A program made the position numbers and the translations under genes. A stretch of DNA of 64,000 bases from Okamejei kenojei (lineage: Eukaryota), in contig CM069162.1 in NCBI GenBank assembly GCA_035221665.1, forward strand, positions 15,624,001 to 15,688,000. The letters run 5' to 3'. The notes under the pieces are model-generated. The model was given only the letters and a program-made list of their open reading frames with translations. It made no database searches and had not been told where the DNA came from. Positions 13,430 to 25,253 of this stretch are shown piece after piece; position 1 is the stretch's first letter, and every line of letters starts with the position of its first letter.

Positions 13430-13872
13430 GGGAAAGGATGCAGAGAAGATTTACGAGGATGTTGCCAGGACTCAAGGGCATGAGCTGCAGGGAGAGGTTG
13501 AGCAGACTAGGGACTCTATTCCTTGGTGCGCAGGAGGATGAGGGACGATCTTATAGAGGTGTTCAAAATCATGAGAGGAATAGATCGTGTAAATGCGCAG
13601 TCTCTTGGCCAGAGTGGAAGAATCGAGAACCAGAGGATGTGAGTTTAAGGTGAGCGGGAAAGATTTAAAAGGAACCTGAGGAGTAACTTTTTTACACAAC
13701 GAGCTGCTGGAGGAGATAGTAAAGGGAGGTGCTATCACAACATTTAAGAAACATATGGACGGGTACGTGTATAAGACTGGTTTAGAGCGATATGGGACAA
13801 ATGTAGGCAGATGGGACTAGTGCAGATGGGGCATGAAGAGCTGAAGGGCCTGTTTCCATGCTGTATGACTGT
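13430..13872 (+). mobile_element. CR1-type LINE 3' fragment (second subfamily, HER1-like tail)
   Basis: ERMQRRFTRMLPGLKGMSCRERLSRLG; 3' end gaagggcctgtttccatgctgtat is shared with the SINE tails. Confidence 0.85.
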
Positions 13873-14310
13873 GACAATGTTGCAATGGTTGAATGAATTG
13901 TTCTGTAATAGTGCAAAGGGAAATATTCTGAAAGTGTAAAGATGTACAAAACATGGTTGGAGCTGCGTGGTTTGAACTGTTAGGATGTAGAGTCCTGAGT
14001 TCAATGAGCTGGGATAATCCTCAGTTAAATCCCACTGGTGTCCTGGTTGTGCACTTCACTCAGGACGAACAACATGACCCCTTCATAGAGGCAGACTCGA
14101 AACTTCAAGTTATAAACCATCTGTATCCGGTATGGTCTGAAGAAGAACATTATCACCTCATTCAGAAAGAGAAACATTTTGTTCTAATCTTTCATGCACT
14201 AAAGTAGCTTCCAGCTCCCTGATAACTTACTGCACATTCTGACGGTTCTGATGGGTGCAGTTACGTTCTTTGTGTGAAACCCGACTTTGTTAATCACCTG
14301 CACATGTGAT

Positions 14311-14440
14311 CTGAAGAAGGGTCTCGACCCGAAACGTCACCCATTCCTACTCTCCAGAGATGCTGCCTGTCCCGCTGAGTGACTCCAGCTTTTTGTGTCT
14401 ACCTTCGATTTAAACCAGCATCTGCAGTTCCTTCCCACAC
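14311..14440 (+). mobile_element. Penelope-like terminal repeat containing an intact minimal type-I hammerhead ribozyme-like core (14311-14338)
   Basis: CTGAAGA-A-GGGT-CTCG-ACCC-GAAA-CGTC; related copies at 6979, 28343, 29779, 40220, 51576, 63824 (+) and 48853-48880 (-). Confidence 0.7.
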
Positions 14441-14729
14441 ATGCACATTAAATATTCCCAGTGGAGAGTCCGAATCCTCAGTGGATATTATGAGCTTTTC
14501 TTTACCCACTCATTTAGCCCCAGGTCATCTGGATGAACATGCCAATACTCATAAACTCCTTCATCTGCCAACATTAAAATAAATTGAAAGACTCGAAAAT
14601 AAGAGCAATGTGTATCTGTCCCTAAAGTATCATTCACAACCAAGCTCTTCCTTTCTCTGCCATTTTGACACCATGGTTATTGTGCGGAGAGATTGGTTCA
14701 CTGCCTGATGGGTCTGGGATCGTTGAACA

Positions 14730-15290
14730 GTACAGCACAGGAACAGGCACTTCAGCCGCAATTACTGTCAAACATGATGCCGACCAACTGTTATCTGCCT
14801 GCACGTAATCCATATTCCTCTATTCCCTGCATATCCATGTGCCAATCCAAAAGCCTCTTAAAATGCCACTATTATATCTGCCACTATCACCACACCTGGC
14901 AGGATGTTTTAGGCACTCACCTCCCTCTGTGCAAAAAGACTTCCCCCACATATCTCCCTTAAACCTTGCCCCTCACCTTAAAGCTGTGCCCTCTAGTATT
15001 TGATATTTCCATCTTGGGTGATAAAGGTTCTGACCATCTACCCTATCTATGCCTCTTATCATTTTATATACTTCTATCAGGTCTCCTCTCAACCTTCAGC
15101 GTTCCAGAAAAATAATCCAAGCCTGTCCAAAATCTCCTGATAGTTAATTCCCTTTAATCCGGGCATCATTCTGGTAAACCTCCTCCAAAGCCTCCACTCC
15201 CTTCCTGTAATGGGGTGACCAGAACTACACACAAGACTCCAAATGCAACCTAGCAAAAGTCCTTTAAAGCTGCATCAAGACTTGCTGACA
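14730..15290 (-). mobile_element. CR1-type LINE 3' fragment
   Basis: Reverse complement of CR1 ORF2 end and 3' UTR (cctcaccttaaagctgtgccctctagt, ctaccctatctatgcctc, gaccagaactacacacaa). Confidence 0.75.
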
Positions 15291-15351
15291 TTTACCGTAT
15301 GCCCGTATCCTATTGTCGCTAATTGAAATGTCATCTTGGTAACTTCTGCAG

Positions 15352-15547
15352 GTCGCCAGTCCCATTTGTTCCACCAAATAACTTCCAGAACTTCTCCCTG
15401 GTGAGCCGCCAGCGCACGACACACATCACCTCCGGATTCACGGTGACGGTGAGGGAAGGCCAGCCGCAGCTCTCCTTTGGACGCTTTGGGCAGTACACCC
15501 AGGAGTCCTACTACTGGCAGCTTCCAGAAGTCTTTCAAGGGGATAAG
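15352..15547 (+). CDS. HSPG2: Perlecan exon, first part of third laminin IV (L4) module (...NFQNFSLVSRQR...QLSFGRFGQYTQESYYWQLPEVFQGDK); apparent frameshift near its 5' end
   Basis: ttctgcag acceptor, gtaatg donor; matches human FQGFALVNPQR...ESFYWQLPETYQGDK; length 196 nt is 3n+1 between two phase-0 introns. Confidence 0.9.
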
Positions 15548-17491
15548 GTAATGCCACAGAGGCACACACTCCGTCTTCTTCTTTCGTGTGGCGTGCACAG
15601 CCTAAGGTTGTCGGACAACTTGTTCTATTTGATCTTCCGTTTGTGCACGTCAAGTTGATTGAAACAGGGCGGACCACGTGAAGGTTGCAATCTTCCACCC
15701 CACACTCAGTCCATTGTGCGCGAGTGCTCTAAAGGTTAAACCAAGAGGAGAAGGCTGCGGTACTCATGATGGCGCTGTTAACCTGTTCACTGCCAAGATT
15801 CTTTTTCACTATTGGCCACGTTGTGCTGTGTTTTTTTTCTAGGTTAAGGACGACTAAGCTAAAACTAGTATAATCGGGGGTGGCAATGAGATGATAATAC
15901 TCTCACCCAGGGATCCTCGGGGGTGACAATGAACAGGTTAAACAATCCGTTTACGTTGTGTCGATTGAGGATTGAATTTCCGCACGCTGTCCCCATTGTG
16001 GTAACGATGTGCCGAGTTTCTGCCTTGTAACAATTCCTGGCGATTCCCGGGCTGAGGAAGCAGGAATGGGTGCGGTCTCAGTGAAGCAGGGGCCCAATGT
16101 GAGGACACCGGCAAGGTCTTCACCAGGGCTTTACCAACCAACCACTTGTATCTCCGGCAGACTGCTCCAGTTCGGGAAGGGGCGAGGAGCAGTAAGGGAA
16201 CGCAGTCGGGGGTGCTTTGATGAAGGGTCATGCTATATAGAATGGAGGAGATCGAGGTCCACACTTGAGCTGTGCTTGAATCCTGAGAACAACTTTCGGA
16301 GCACTGCGGAGCCTCACTGGCTCTGAAGAATGGCAGGAAGATTCCTGATGGCCACCAGTTCCTGGTCTCTGGTAAATGAGGGTAGCTGTGGTGAACGACA
16401 AGTGGGGCTGCTCCATTGTACTGTCAGAATTCCCATTTAATAAGGGTTGCACGTCCTTGACCATCACTCTGGCAAACCCCACCCAACCACTGAATAGTGA
16501 ATATTGACCTTTTCCTTCACAATGTATGTCTTCCAACCCAGCCTGGCTCCAAATTACTCTTGATGGCATTGGGATAATGCTTATAAGTGAGTGTTGTGAA
16601 TATTACTTGAATTGATATATCTAACAGAGGACATTACAGGATGCTACAGATTCCGAAGGGGAATAGTGTTATCTGACTGCATCGATTTTTACAACTGATA
16701 GAGTAAAACATAAAATAAACCATCCGTTTATTGTAAACCAGTGAGTTCTGGCGAGTGGCGATCCCACACTACAGTTTTAGATTACATTCCTTCTGCAATT
16801 CCAATGGAGATTGTTAATTTGAAACTCAGACTTGAATTGTTGGACTCGCTGAAAACTTTGATCCATATTCAGTTCAAATGACCAAATTCCGAAGTCTAAA
16901 GGTTGGATTCCATCTGTGGTATATTCAGAGAATATCAAAAGACTGAGCATTTCATAAATAAATGGGAAGATAATCCCTGTTCCTGTGAAGCAAGCCCATT
17001 ACTGTCTGAAAACTGCAAGTTTAATAAATCTATTAGTCTCTTTGGAGGGGGTTAGAACATCAAATGTGGGAAGTTCACCAACATTGTGAGACAAGGCTTT
17101 TGTTAATTTTAGAAATGACCTCAAAACAATTCTCTCAAACAGAATAATGAATAGTTTATGTGGCCAATGCCTCAGTACATTGACCATACATTCAGCGTCC
17201 ACTGCCACTTTAGCCATGCTCGTGAGATGCTGAACTTTACATCTGTTCAAGTTGATAGACCTGCTTATGTACCAAGGCTGACATTAGTATCAGGAGGTTT
17301 TGTGTTCAGATATCACTGCTGTGATTTGAGCACAAAAATCTCAGCTTTGCTTGTTTGCAATGCGAAAGAGCAACGCTGCCTTCCAATCAAGGCCCTAAAC
17401 CGAGACCCTCTCTAACTCTGTCAGTAAAGGATCCCAGTGCATTATCTCTGGTGTCCTGGTGATTTCCTCAATTATTAAGATATAAAATAAA

Positions 17492-17806
17492 GCGCGGCAT
17501 AGTGGTGTAATTAGTAGAGCTGCTGCCTTACAGTGCCAAAGATCCAGATATGATCCAGACCTCGGGTGCTGTGTGTGTGGAGTTTGCACGTTCTCCTTGT
17601 GACCGTGTGGGTTTCCTCCAGCTGCTCCGGTTTCCTCCCACGTCCCAAAGTTGTGTGGGTTTGGAGATTATTTGGCCTCTGTAAATTGCCCCTAGAATGG
17701 AGTGAGTGGATGAAAAATTGTGATAGCATGGAGTTTGTGTGAGTGGATGATCGATGGACAGTGTGGATTCAGTCAGCTAAAGGGTCTGATTCCTTTAATC
17801 TAAACT
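17492..17806 (+). mobile_element. tRNA-derived SINE (HE1-like)
   Basis: tRNA-like head, conserved body gagtttgcacgttctccttgtgacc, LINE-like tail ending taaac. Confidence 0.8.
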
Positions 17807-18202
17807 GTTATGACTACATCAGGTTAACTTGTCTAAATTGAGAGCACAAAGCACTGGAAATGGTTAGCAGCTCAAGCAGCATCTGGGGAGTAAGAAACAG
17901 GGTTAACTTTGTTTTTCCTTCCCCTGACCTACTGAAATCATTGCCAGACAACTGCAGCTCATTACTTTGCATTATCTGGTCATTGTAATGTCGCTGTTTC
18001 TGAGTTCCAGCTCTGAGCAAACTGGCAGCAGCAAATCCTTCATTTCAGCAATGACTGGACCCCTTGTTGGCCACCCCCCTGATGCATCCTGAGAACGTGC
18101 GATAAATCTGGGCGGTCTCTGGTCTGTTATCTTGAACCCTTTGTGAAACACTGGTCAAACTGTGCTGTTTACCTCTCACTCTTATTCTGTCCCTTTCTGC
18201 AG

Positions 18203-18241
18203 CGGGAGGAATTCTTTGCTCGCATTAGACGTGGGCACAAG
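18203..18241 (+). CDS. HSPG2: Candidate 39-nt cassette exon REEFFARIRRGHK (furin-type RxRR site)
   Basis: Strong acceptor ctctcactcttattctgtccctttctgcag, donor AAG|gtagag, phase 0-0, open frame. Confidence 0.6.
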
Positions 18242-18743
18242 GTAGAGTGATGCCGTCTCCGTGCTTTGATGGTTGTGTTTGCTTGAGTTTGTCCCTGGAC
18301 TGAAGACTTCAGCATTAATAATGCCTTGTTTTTTGGAACATGACCGAGATGGAATTGTATCTAAACATCCAGTGGAATGGGCCAGAGTACCTTTGTGAGC
18401 ATGTGGCGTGTGGCATTCTATTGTGGCCAAGTGCTGTGCAGAAATCTGGTGCTGCTAACGACCTGTTGTCTCTGATTAGGAGAGCAGACTGCATGCCAGT
18501 AATCTCCGGGTGGTTGTCAGACACACGCAGGCACCTAGTGAAAGGAAATGGAGATGAACTATAAATGTACATTTCCCCCAAGGAGAAAGCCCACATTTTC
18601 TCAAGCAGGGAAAGCAATGGTTGAAGGCATTGCACTACGATGGAAAGTTTATATTATGAGAACCAATTGAAAATGTAATGCATTACCTCCCCAATGATCT
18701 GTGGCCACCACCAGCTTGCATTCTTATCACCTGCATGGGACTT

Positions 18744-19054
18744 GTGCGGCTTGGTGGCGCAGCAATAGAGTTGCTGCCTTATAGCGTCAGAGAACCAGGT
18801 TCGATCCTGGCTACGGGTGCTGTCTGTACGGAGTTTGTACATTCTCCCCGTGACCTTGTGGGTTTTCCCTGGGTGCTCTGGTTTCCTCCCACATTCCACA
18901 CATGTACGGGTCAATTGACATAGGTAAAAATTGTAAATTGTCCCGAGTGTGCAGGATAGCGATAGTGCATAGGAATCGCTAGTCCGCACAGACTCGGTGA
19001 CCTGAGGGGCCTATTTCCACTATATCTATAAACTAAACTAAACTAAACTAAAAC
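18744..19054 (+). mobile_element. tRNA-derived SINE (HE1-like), near full length
   Basis: A box tggcgcagcaatag, B box ggttcgatcc, tail (taaac)n. Confidence 0.88.
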
Positions 19055-19193
19055 ACCTTGGCTTTCTATTGTGATAGTGAAGTAAAACCCTTTAACCTCT
19101 TCTTTCTTCCTGTTCTATTTTTTGATTGCCTTCTCTGCTATCCATTTTTATACTTTTAACAGCACCTATTTCCCAATTGCGTTCCTTATTTAG

Positions 19194-19268
19194 TTGAAGC
19201 GTAAAACATCATCGCCTGCTTTCCATCCCCTTTACTCCCGAGCAGGCTGGAGTATCGCTTCTCAGCAC
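19194..19268 (+). CDS. HSPG2: Weak candidate 75-nt cassette exon LKRKTSSPAFHPLYSRAGWSIASQH
   Basis: Long pyrimidine tract 19095-19190, ttatttag acceptor, CAC|gtaaat donor, phase 0-0 open; competing upstream AG at 19161-19162. Confidence 0.25.
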
Positions 19269-20000
19269 GTAAATATTGCCCGATTATCCAATGACATCTC
19301 CTAGTGAGAAGTTAGTGCAGCATACATTCCCAATATCTAAATTATTTACACACTTTTCCCCAGCAACTCTTGCAGACTTTTCCTGGTGCTTGGGAACGGT
19401 ACACTGGTGCCCCTCAAGTAAATTTGATAGCTGGCACCGGTATAAACTTTCAATGTTGCAAAGTGCCCCAATTCTCCAGAAGAACATTATATATAAGAGC
19501 ATTATATTTTGAGATGAGGGCACAATAGGAACTCTGCCCAAAGGTTTAAGGCACAAGGTAAAAGAGGAGAATGAGAAAAAGCAAATTCATGAGGAAACTG
19601 CAGTTTCCGTGAGCATGCTGATTATCAGACTTTCACTGATACTTGATCACCAGTCATCCATGAATATATTTGGAAAGATAGCGATAATTATGTTATTCCT
19701 CCTTATTACTAATTGGAGGTCAGGTTCTCATAGACTCTGGAAATGAAATCTATCGAAATCATAGCCTGCTGTGTCTGTTGATGTGCAGCATGCTTTGAAA
19801 GACTATGTGTGATGGATCATATTAAATTAAACCTGCTGTCTTGTTGAGCTACAGCTGGATCCCCTTTTGTAGTTTGGCTGACTATAAAACAATGGCCAAG
19901 TTGCATTTTCTGAGACTCAGCTTGCCAACATTGCTGTTCTTGAAAGCACACGTTTGTGGCAATGTTTTATTTGACTCACAAGCAACCAGCTGAGCAGAAA

Positions 20001-20205
20001 GGGACACAAAGTCCCGGAGTAACTCAGCGGGTCAGGCAGCATCTCTGGAGAATATGGTCGGGACCCTTCTTTAGAGTCCGAAGAAGGGTCCTGGCCCAAA
20101 ATGTCACCTATCCACGCTTCTCCAGAGATGTTGCCTGACCCACTGAGTTACTCCAGCACTTTGTGTCCTTTTTGTGTAAACCAGCATCTGCACTTCCTGG
20201 TTTCT
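20001..20205. repeat. Inverted pair of Penelope-like terminal repeats (fold-back hairpin)
   Basis: Arm 20001-20057 is complementary to 20112-20169; same architecture at about 26626-26790, 30771-30910 and 63732-63912. Confidence 0.8.
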
Positions 20206-20531
20206 ACTACCCGCTGAACGGAATGGTGGTTTTGTGGCAACTGAATAACATGCAGAATTACATTTTAATAGAAGAACCCATCTTTAACTGAGGAGCAACT
20301 GAGAAAGGATGCCGCCATCTGGGAACTCTTGAGCTCCTCTTCGTCGCATCCTAGGCTTAAAAGATCTTCAAAGGTAGCAGTAAAACTGCATGTGGGAGTC
20401 TGAAGCTTGATTATTACTGACTGTACGTGGAGCAAGCAATATGCAAAGGAAATCTAACACCCCCCTTCGTATCTGTCTAATCAGATTATTTTGTTATTTC
20501 CAAATCTGAGCTTGTTTTTGTTCTCCATTAG

Positions 20532-20582
20532 TTCTCTTGTCATAAGTGTGGGAAAACCAAGAAACGATATGTTCAGTTCACG
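20532..20582 (+). CDS. HSPG2: Candidate 51-nt cassette exon FSCHKCGKTKKRYVQFT
   Basis: Acceptor cttgtttttgttctccattag, weak donor ACG|gtataa, phase 0-0, open frame. Confidence 0.45.
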
Positions 20583-21419
20583 GTATAATTTGGTGTGAGC
20601 TAACATTGCACATGAGCTGTAAGTGGAGCATGTGAATTACTTGTTAACGAGGATCTGGTATTAATTTCTCAAGGAATTTTGTGAACCGTGTATCCCACAT
20701 ACAAATCGTAGGTTGTGGTCAAGCATTCTTCCATTCTAACACATGTTTTTGCACTCACTCACTCCTTTTATAAGGGTAAAACTGCTTTAACTTGGCATTT
20801 TTCTGGACGTTAACACTATAGTTTACGAATAGGAATACATTTGAGATTCTCGCACTCAATGGAAATGCTTCAATGGGTGACCGTGAGAAAGGGTGTGATA
20901 CTGGAATGCGCAGTTGTGAATAAATACAGTAAAACTTAAATAATAATAGTAAGGGCTGCAAATAATAGTAAAGGTGTCAAAGGTTATGGGGAAAAAGGCA
21001 AGAGAATGGGGTTGTGAGGGCCAAATAATCAGCCACGATCAAATGGTGAAGCAGACTTGATGGGCCGAATGGCTTAATCCTGCTCCTTTGTCTGAAGATC
21101 TTATGACCTAATCGCTACCAGCTGTTCGAGACTTTGATCAGAAACAGGGCCCCGATCCAAAAGGCTGTCTGTCCATTCCCTCCACAGATGCTGCCTGGCC
21201 CACTGGGTTCCAGCATCTGCAGTTTCTGGTGTCCCAGTCTGACGCCCCACAGATTCGGTTTGGCTCACCTGGTTCCCTTTACTCACCCACACCTCTATTT
21301 CAGAGCGCCGTTTAAATTCATTGAGGACGCTGTTTCCACGCCTTTCTAAACTCACCAGGCCCTGTTCCAATATTCATTTTACGCACACACTGGAAAATGT
21401 AACATGCTACTCTGTAGCG

Positions 21420-22388
21420 TTCATAAGTTCACGAGTTATAGGAGTAGAATTAGGCCATTTAGCCCCTCGAGTCTACTCCGTCATTCAATCATGGCTGATC
21501 TCTGCTTCCTAATACCATTTTCTTGCCTTCCCCCCATAACCATTGACATCCATTCTAATCAAGAATTTGTCTATCTCCACCTTAAAACGATCCACTGACT
21601 TGGATCATTGAGCCTCTGTGGTAATGAGTTCCACAGATTAACTACCCTCTGACTAAAGAAGTTCCTCCTCACCTCCTTTCTAAAAGAGCATCCTTCAATT
21701 CTGAGGCCTCTGGTCCTAGACTCTCCAACCAGTGGAAACATCCTTTCCACATCCACTCGATCTAGGCCTTTCATTATTCTGTAAGTTTGGATGAGGTCCC
21801 CCCTCAACCTTCTAAACTCCAGCGAGTAGAGGCCCAGTGCTGTCAAGCGCTCATCATGTGCTAACCCACTCATTTCTGGAATCATTCCTGAACCTCCTCT
21901 GGACCCTCTCCAGAGCCAGCGCATCCTTCCTCAGATATGGGGCACTAATTTGCTCACAGTACTCCAAATGCGGCCTGACCAGCGCCTTATTGAGTCTCAA
22001 CATTAAATCTCTGTTTTTGTATTGCAGTCCTCTTGACATAAATGCTAGCATTGAATTTGCCTTCCTTACTACCAATGCAACTTGCAAATTAACTTTTTGG
22101 GAGTCCTGTAACAGCACTCCCAAGTCCCTTTGCACCTCCGATTTCTGGATTATCTCTACATTTAGAAAATAATCTATGCCTTTATTCTTATTAGCAAAAT
22201 GCATGACTCTGCACTTTGCTATACTGAATTTCAACTGCCATTTCTCTGCGCACTCTCCTAACCTGTACAAGTCTTTATGCATTGTCCTTGTTTCCTCTAC
22301 ACTGCCTGCCCCTCCACCTATCTTAGCATCAACTGCAAACCTGGCCACAAAGCCTTCAATCCCCTTATCCAAATCATTAATATACAAA
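21420..22388 (-). mobile_element. CR1-type LINE, 5'-truncated, with RT C-terminal half (frameshifted)
   Basis: ORFs 21854-22420 and 21571-21924: YINDLDKGIEG..FAVDAKIGG, QRDLGV, LVRPHLEYCEQ, RTRG; complete 3' UTR. Confidence 0.93.
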
Positions 22389-22969
22389 TAAAAATAAGAA
22401 GCAAATGAAGCACCCATCACATTCCATCATCTGTTGCCTCTTATGGTCTCCACTGAGCACTTCTAAGCCTCTGTCGCTATCTCCACCCCTCCCTCCCTCA
22501 CCTGGGACTTCACCTGCCAGCGAACCTCTCCTCACCAAAATCCACCAGTCATTTGCCTTCTCCACCTTCATCACCTGGCCACCTCCCCTCCACTCCTTCG
22601 ACCTAGATGCAGGGTCCTGACCTGGACCATCAACTGTCCATTTCCTCCACAGATGCTGCCTGACCCACTGAGTTCCTCCAGCACTTTAATTTTCAGCATC
22701 TGCAGTCTCTTGTGTCTCCAAATGAACAATGTATTGGTGTATCAATGGGAAGGCAGCGGGTGCCGGATCATCAGTTTTACTGTATTATTATTCACAAAAC
22801 AGAGAAGCCCTTTGAAAAGAAAAAGAAAATGTAAACATTTGTGAAGAAACTGCATAGTTATTCTCTATTGCCAGTGTTGTGATTTACAATGATGTTTGTT
22901 GTGAGTGTCATGGTAAACTGCAGGGATGATGACTTGTTATGGATGACTTGTCCCTTCACTTCCTTGTAG

Positions 22970-23269
22970 TCTATGCCTGATATGGAAGAGCAGAAGCGTA
23001 TAGATGATGAAGTATGGGCAATTATAACGGGTTTTGCAGCTGAGCAGTTGCACAAACCACACAGTCCTGTCTTGTCCAGCGGCAAAAATCAGTCCCGGTC
23101 ATCGCGTCCCTTTTCTCGCCTGGCGTCAGCTGGACCTGCCGGGCCTCCTGCTCCCTCTGCCGCTCGCAAAAGTTCAGCTCATGCCGTATCCTCTCCCTCT
23201 TCAAGAACTGCCTCTTCCCATTCTTCTCTCTCCCCATCTCTGCTTTCTCAACCTGCCCACCACAAAAAG
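22970..23269 (+). CDS. HSPG2: Candidate 300-nt cassette exon: SMPDMEEQKRIDDEVWAIITGFAAEQ followed by Ser/Pro/Ala-rich segment ending HHKK
   Basis: Acceptor tcccttcacttccttgtag, donor AAG|gtatgg, exactly 100 open codons, phase 0-0, not repeat-derived. Confidence 0.7.
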
Positions 23270-23639
23270 GTATGGAACTTTTTGCATTATGGAAAGTGTA
23301 AATCACCCCTTTAAGTACAGTCCTTGCTTTCTACACAAAGTGTGTCGGAAGGAACTGCATGCGGATGCTGGTTTAATAGACACAAAAAGCTGGAGTAACT
23401 CAGCGGGGCAGATAGCATCTCTGGAGAGAAGGAATGAGTGACTCTTCGGGTCGAGACCATTCTTCAGATATTCAAGACCACTCTTATGATGGAGGGTGGA
23501 ACAAATTTATGCATCACGATGTAACCTATGATAGTGAACTACTTTCAATAAAGAATGCCTTTGATGAGGATCAGTGGAGTAAATGGTTAAGGCTAGCCAA
23601 AGATAGTAACAAGTCTAGCATTGTAAAAGTTGTATATTA

Positions 23640-24080
23640 AATGGTCTGATTGGGTTAACATATGAGGAGCGTTTGATGGCTCTAGGCCTGTACTCGCTGG
23701 AGTTTAGAAACATGAGGTGTGGATGTCATTGAAACCTACCGAATAATGAAAGGTCTAGTGAATGTGAAGATGTTTCCAATAGTGGGAGAGTCTAGCACCA
23801 GAGTGCTACTGCCTCCAAATAAGAAGACTTGCCTTTGGAATGGAAATGAGGAGGAATTTATTTAGCCAGAGGGTGGTGAATCTGTGAAACTCATTGCCAC
23901 AGTCATTTGGTTTTCTAAAGCAAAGATTGGTAGGTTCTTGATTAATAAGGGCGCCAAAGGTTATGGGGGGAAAAGGCAGGAGACTGGAGTTGAGGGGGAT
24001 AAATAGGCCAGCCTCGATCAAATGGCAGAGCAGACTCGATGGAATGAGTGCCTAATTCTGCTCCTATGTCTTATGGTCTG
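23640..24080 (+). mobile_element. CR1-type LINE 3' fragment
   Basis: gggttaacatatgaggagcgtttgatggctctaggcctgtactcgctggagtttagaa and the 3' UTR; same family as 21420-22388, opposite orientation. Confidence 0.88.
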
Positions 24081-24801
24081 TTGGCAAACGGGCCACAGGT
24101 GCCTTCAAGAGATTGGTGCATCATGCCAGAGTCCAGACCTGGGGAGAAGCATCAGGTGAACACAGAAATTAATTTGAGATGTGCCCCTGTGGAGAGAAGT
24201 GAGGAGGTGTTTGGCTTACAACTCATTGGGGGCAGTTTCAGAGAAGCCCAGTGTAGTACTGAGGCTGTCTCCCACAATGCTCAGTGTTTAGGTGCCGTGA
24301 GTAGAAAAAATATTACATTGCTTCTCAACTTTTTGCGTAATATTAAGTGCAGATAGCAACTCCTCAGCTGATGATAGGCTTGAGTTGTTTTCTTTGGAGC
24401 ATTGAAGACTGATTGAGGAATTCAGAGTTATGAGGGATATTGATGGAGTGGAGAGTTTTCCCTTTGGCAGAGGTGTCTGTGAACAGAGGGCAGAGGTTTA
24501 AAATAATAGGTGTCGGACATTTAGAGGGGATTGAGGAAGAGTTTTTCCCCCCAGACAGTGTTTGGAAGCTGCAACTGTCAGTTTCAGTTTAGTTTATTGA
24601 GTACGTGGGGGGAGCGGGTACTATGTCAACGATTAAGCAGCGTTGAGATGACCACATGAAGCTCCTTACTATAAAAGGCCATGAGCCAAGTGCTCATCAC
24701 CTGCTGAGTTACACCAGCACTTTGTGTCCCACTTTGGGTAAAACAGTATCTGCAGTTCCTTCTTTCTACTCTCTTTTCTAAGTTGTTGATTTTCCCTGCA
24801 G

Positions 24802-24891
24802 ATGAAACATATCTCTAAGATCCCCTCACTGCAAGCTGAGGAATCAGCTAATCTTATTGCTTCCTCTGTGTGGGACCCAAGACCGGAGAAG
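24802..24891 (+). CDS. HSPG2: Candidate 90-nt cassette exon MKHISKIPSLQAEESANLIASSVWDPRPEK (alternative end 24900 adds VAT)
   Basis: Acceptor ttgattttccctgcag, donors AAG|gtagcc or ACG|gttagc, both phase 0, open frame. Confidence 0.5.
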
Positions 24892-25253
24892 GTAGCCACG
24901 GTTAGCTGCATGGAGTCTCAATCTCTGTGATCTGCATGTCCATGGTGTTCTAGTCTTGAGAAGGCTGGCTGATAGAATATGTTAGAAGTACTCAGCAGGT
25001 CAGGCATCGTCCGTGGAGGGAGAAAGAGCCTTAATGTTTTAGCGTGACTACGGTTCATTGAGCTGAAATGTTAGTGTTATTTCCATCGCCGTAAACCTGC
25101 TGAATATTTTCCCAGATTGTGTTTCCCAGTTCAGTGTTTTGCTTTGGGCCAGTCGGCTGCCTATTGAATTACAAACTGCAAACCTGCGAGCAGTATTATT
25201 CCTGTTTAGAGGAAGCCACTGCTTCGAATGCTTACAAAACCCACCACTTGCAT

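Noticed and set aside
15843-15857. Strong-looking acceptor ttttttttctag after the GDK exon
   Set aside because: Phase-0 reading stops after four codons (VKDD*) and no clear polyadenylation signal nearby
16009-16326. 105-aa plus-strand ORF in a CpG-richer patch
   Set aside because: No matching splice sites or recognisable domain
18744-18815. tRNA-like A and B boxes (also in other copies)
   Set aside because: They are the heads of dispersed SINEs with body and LINE-derived tail, not tRNA genes
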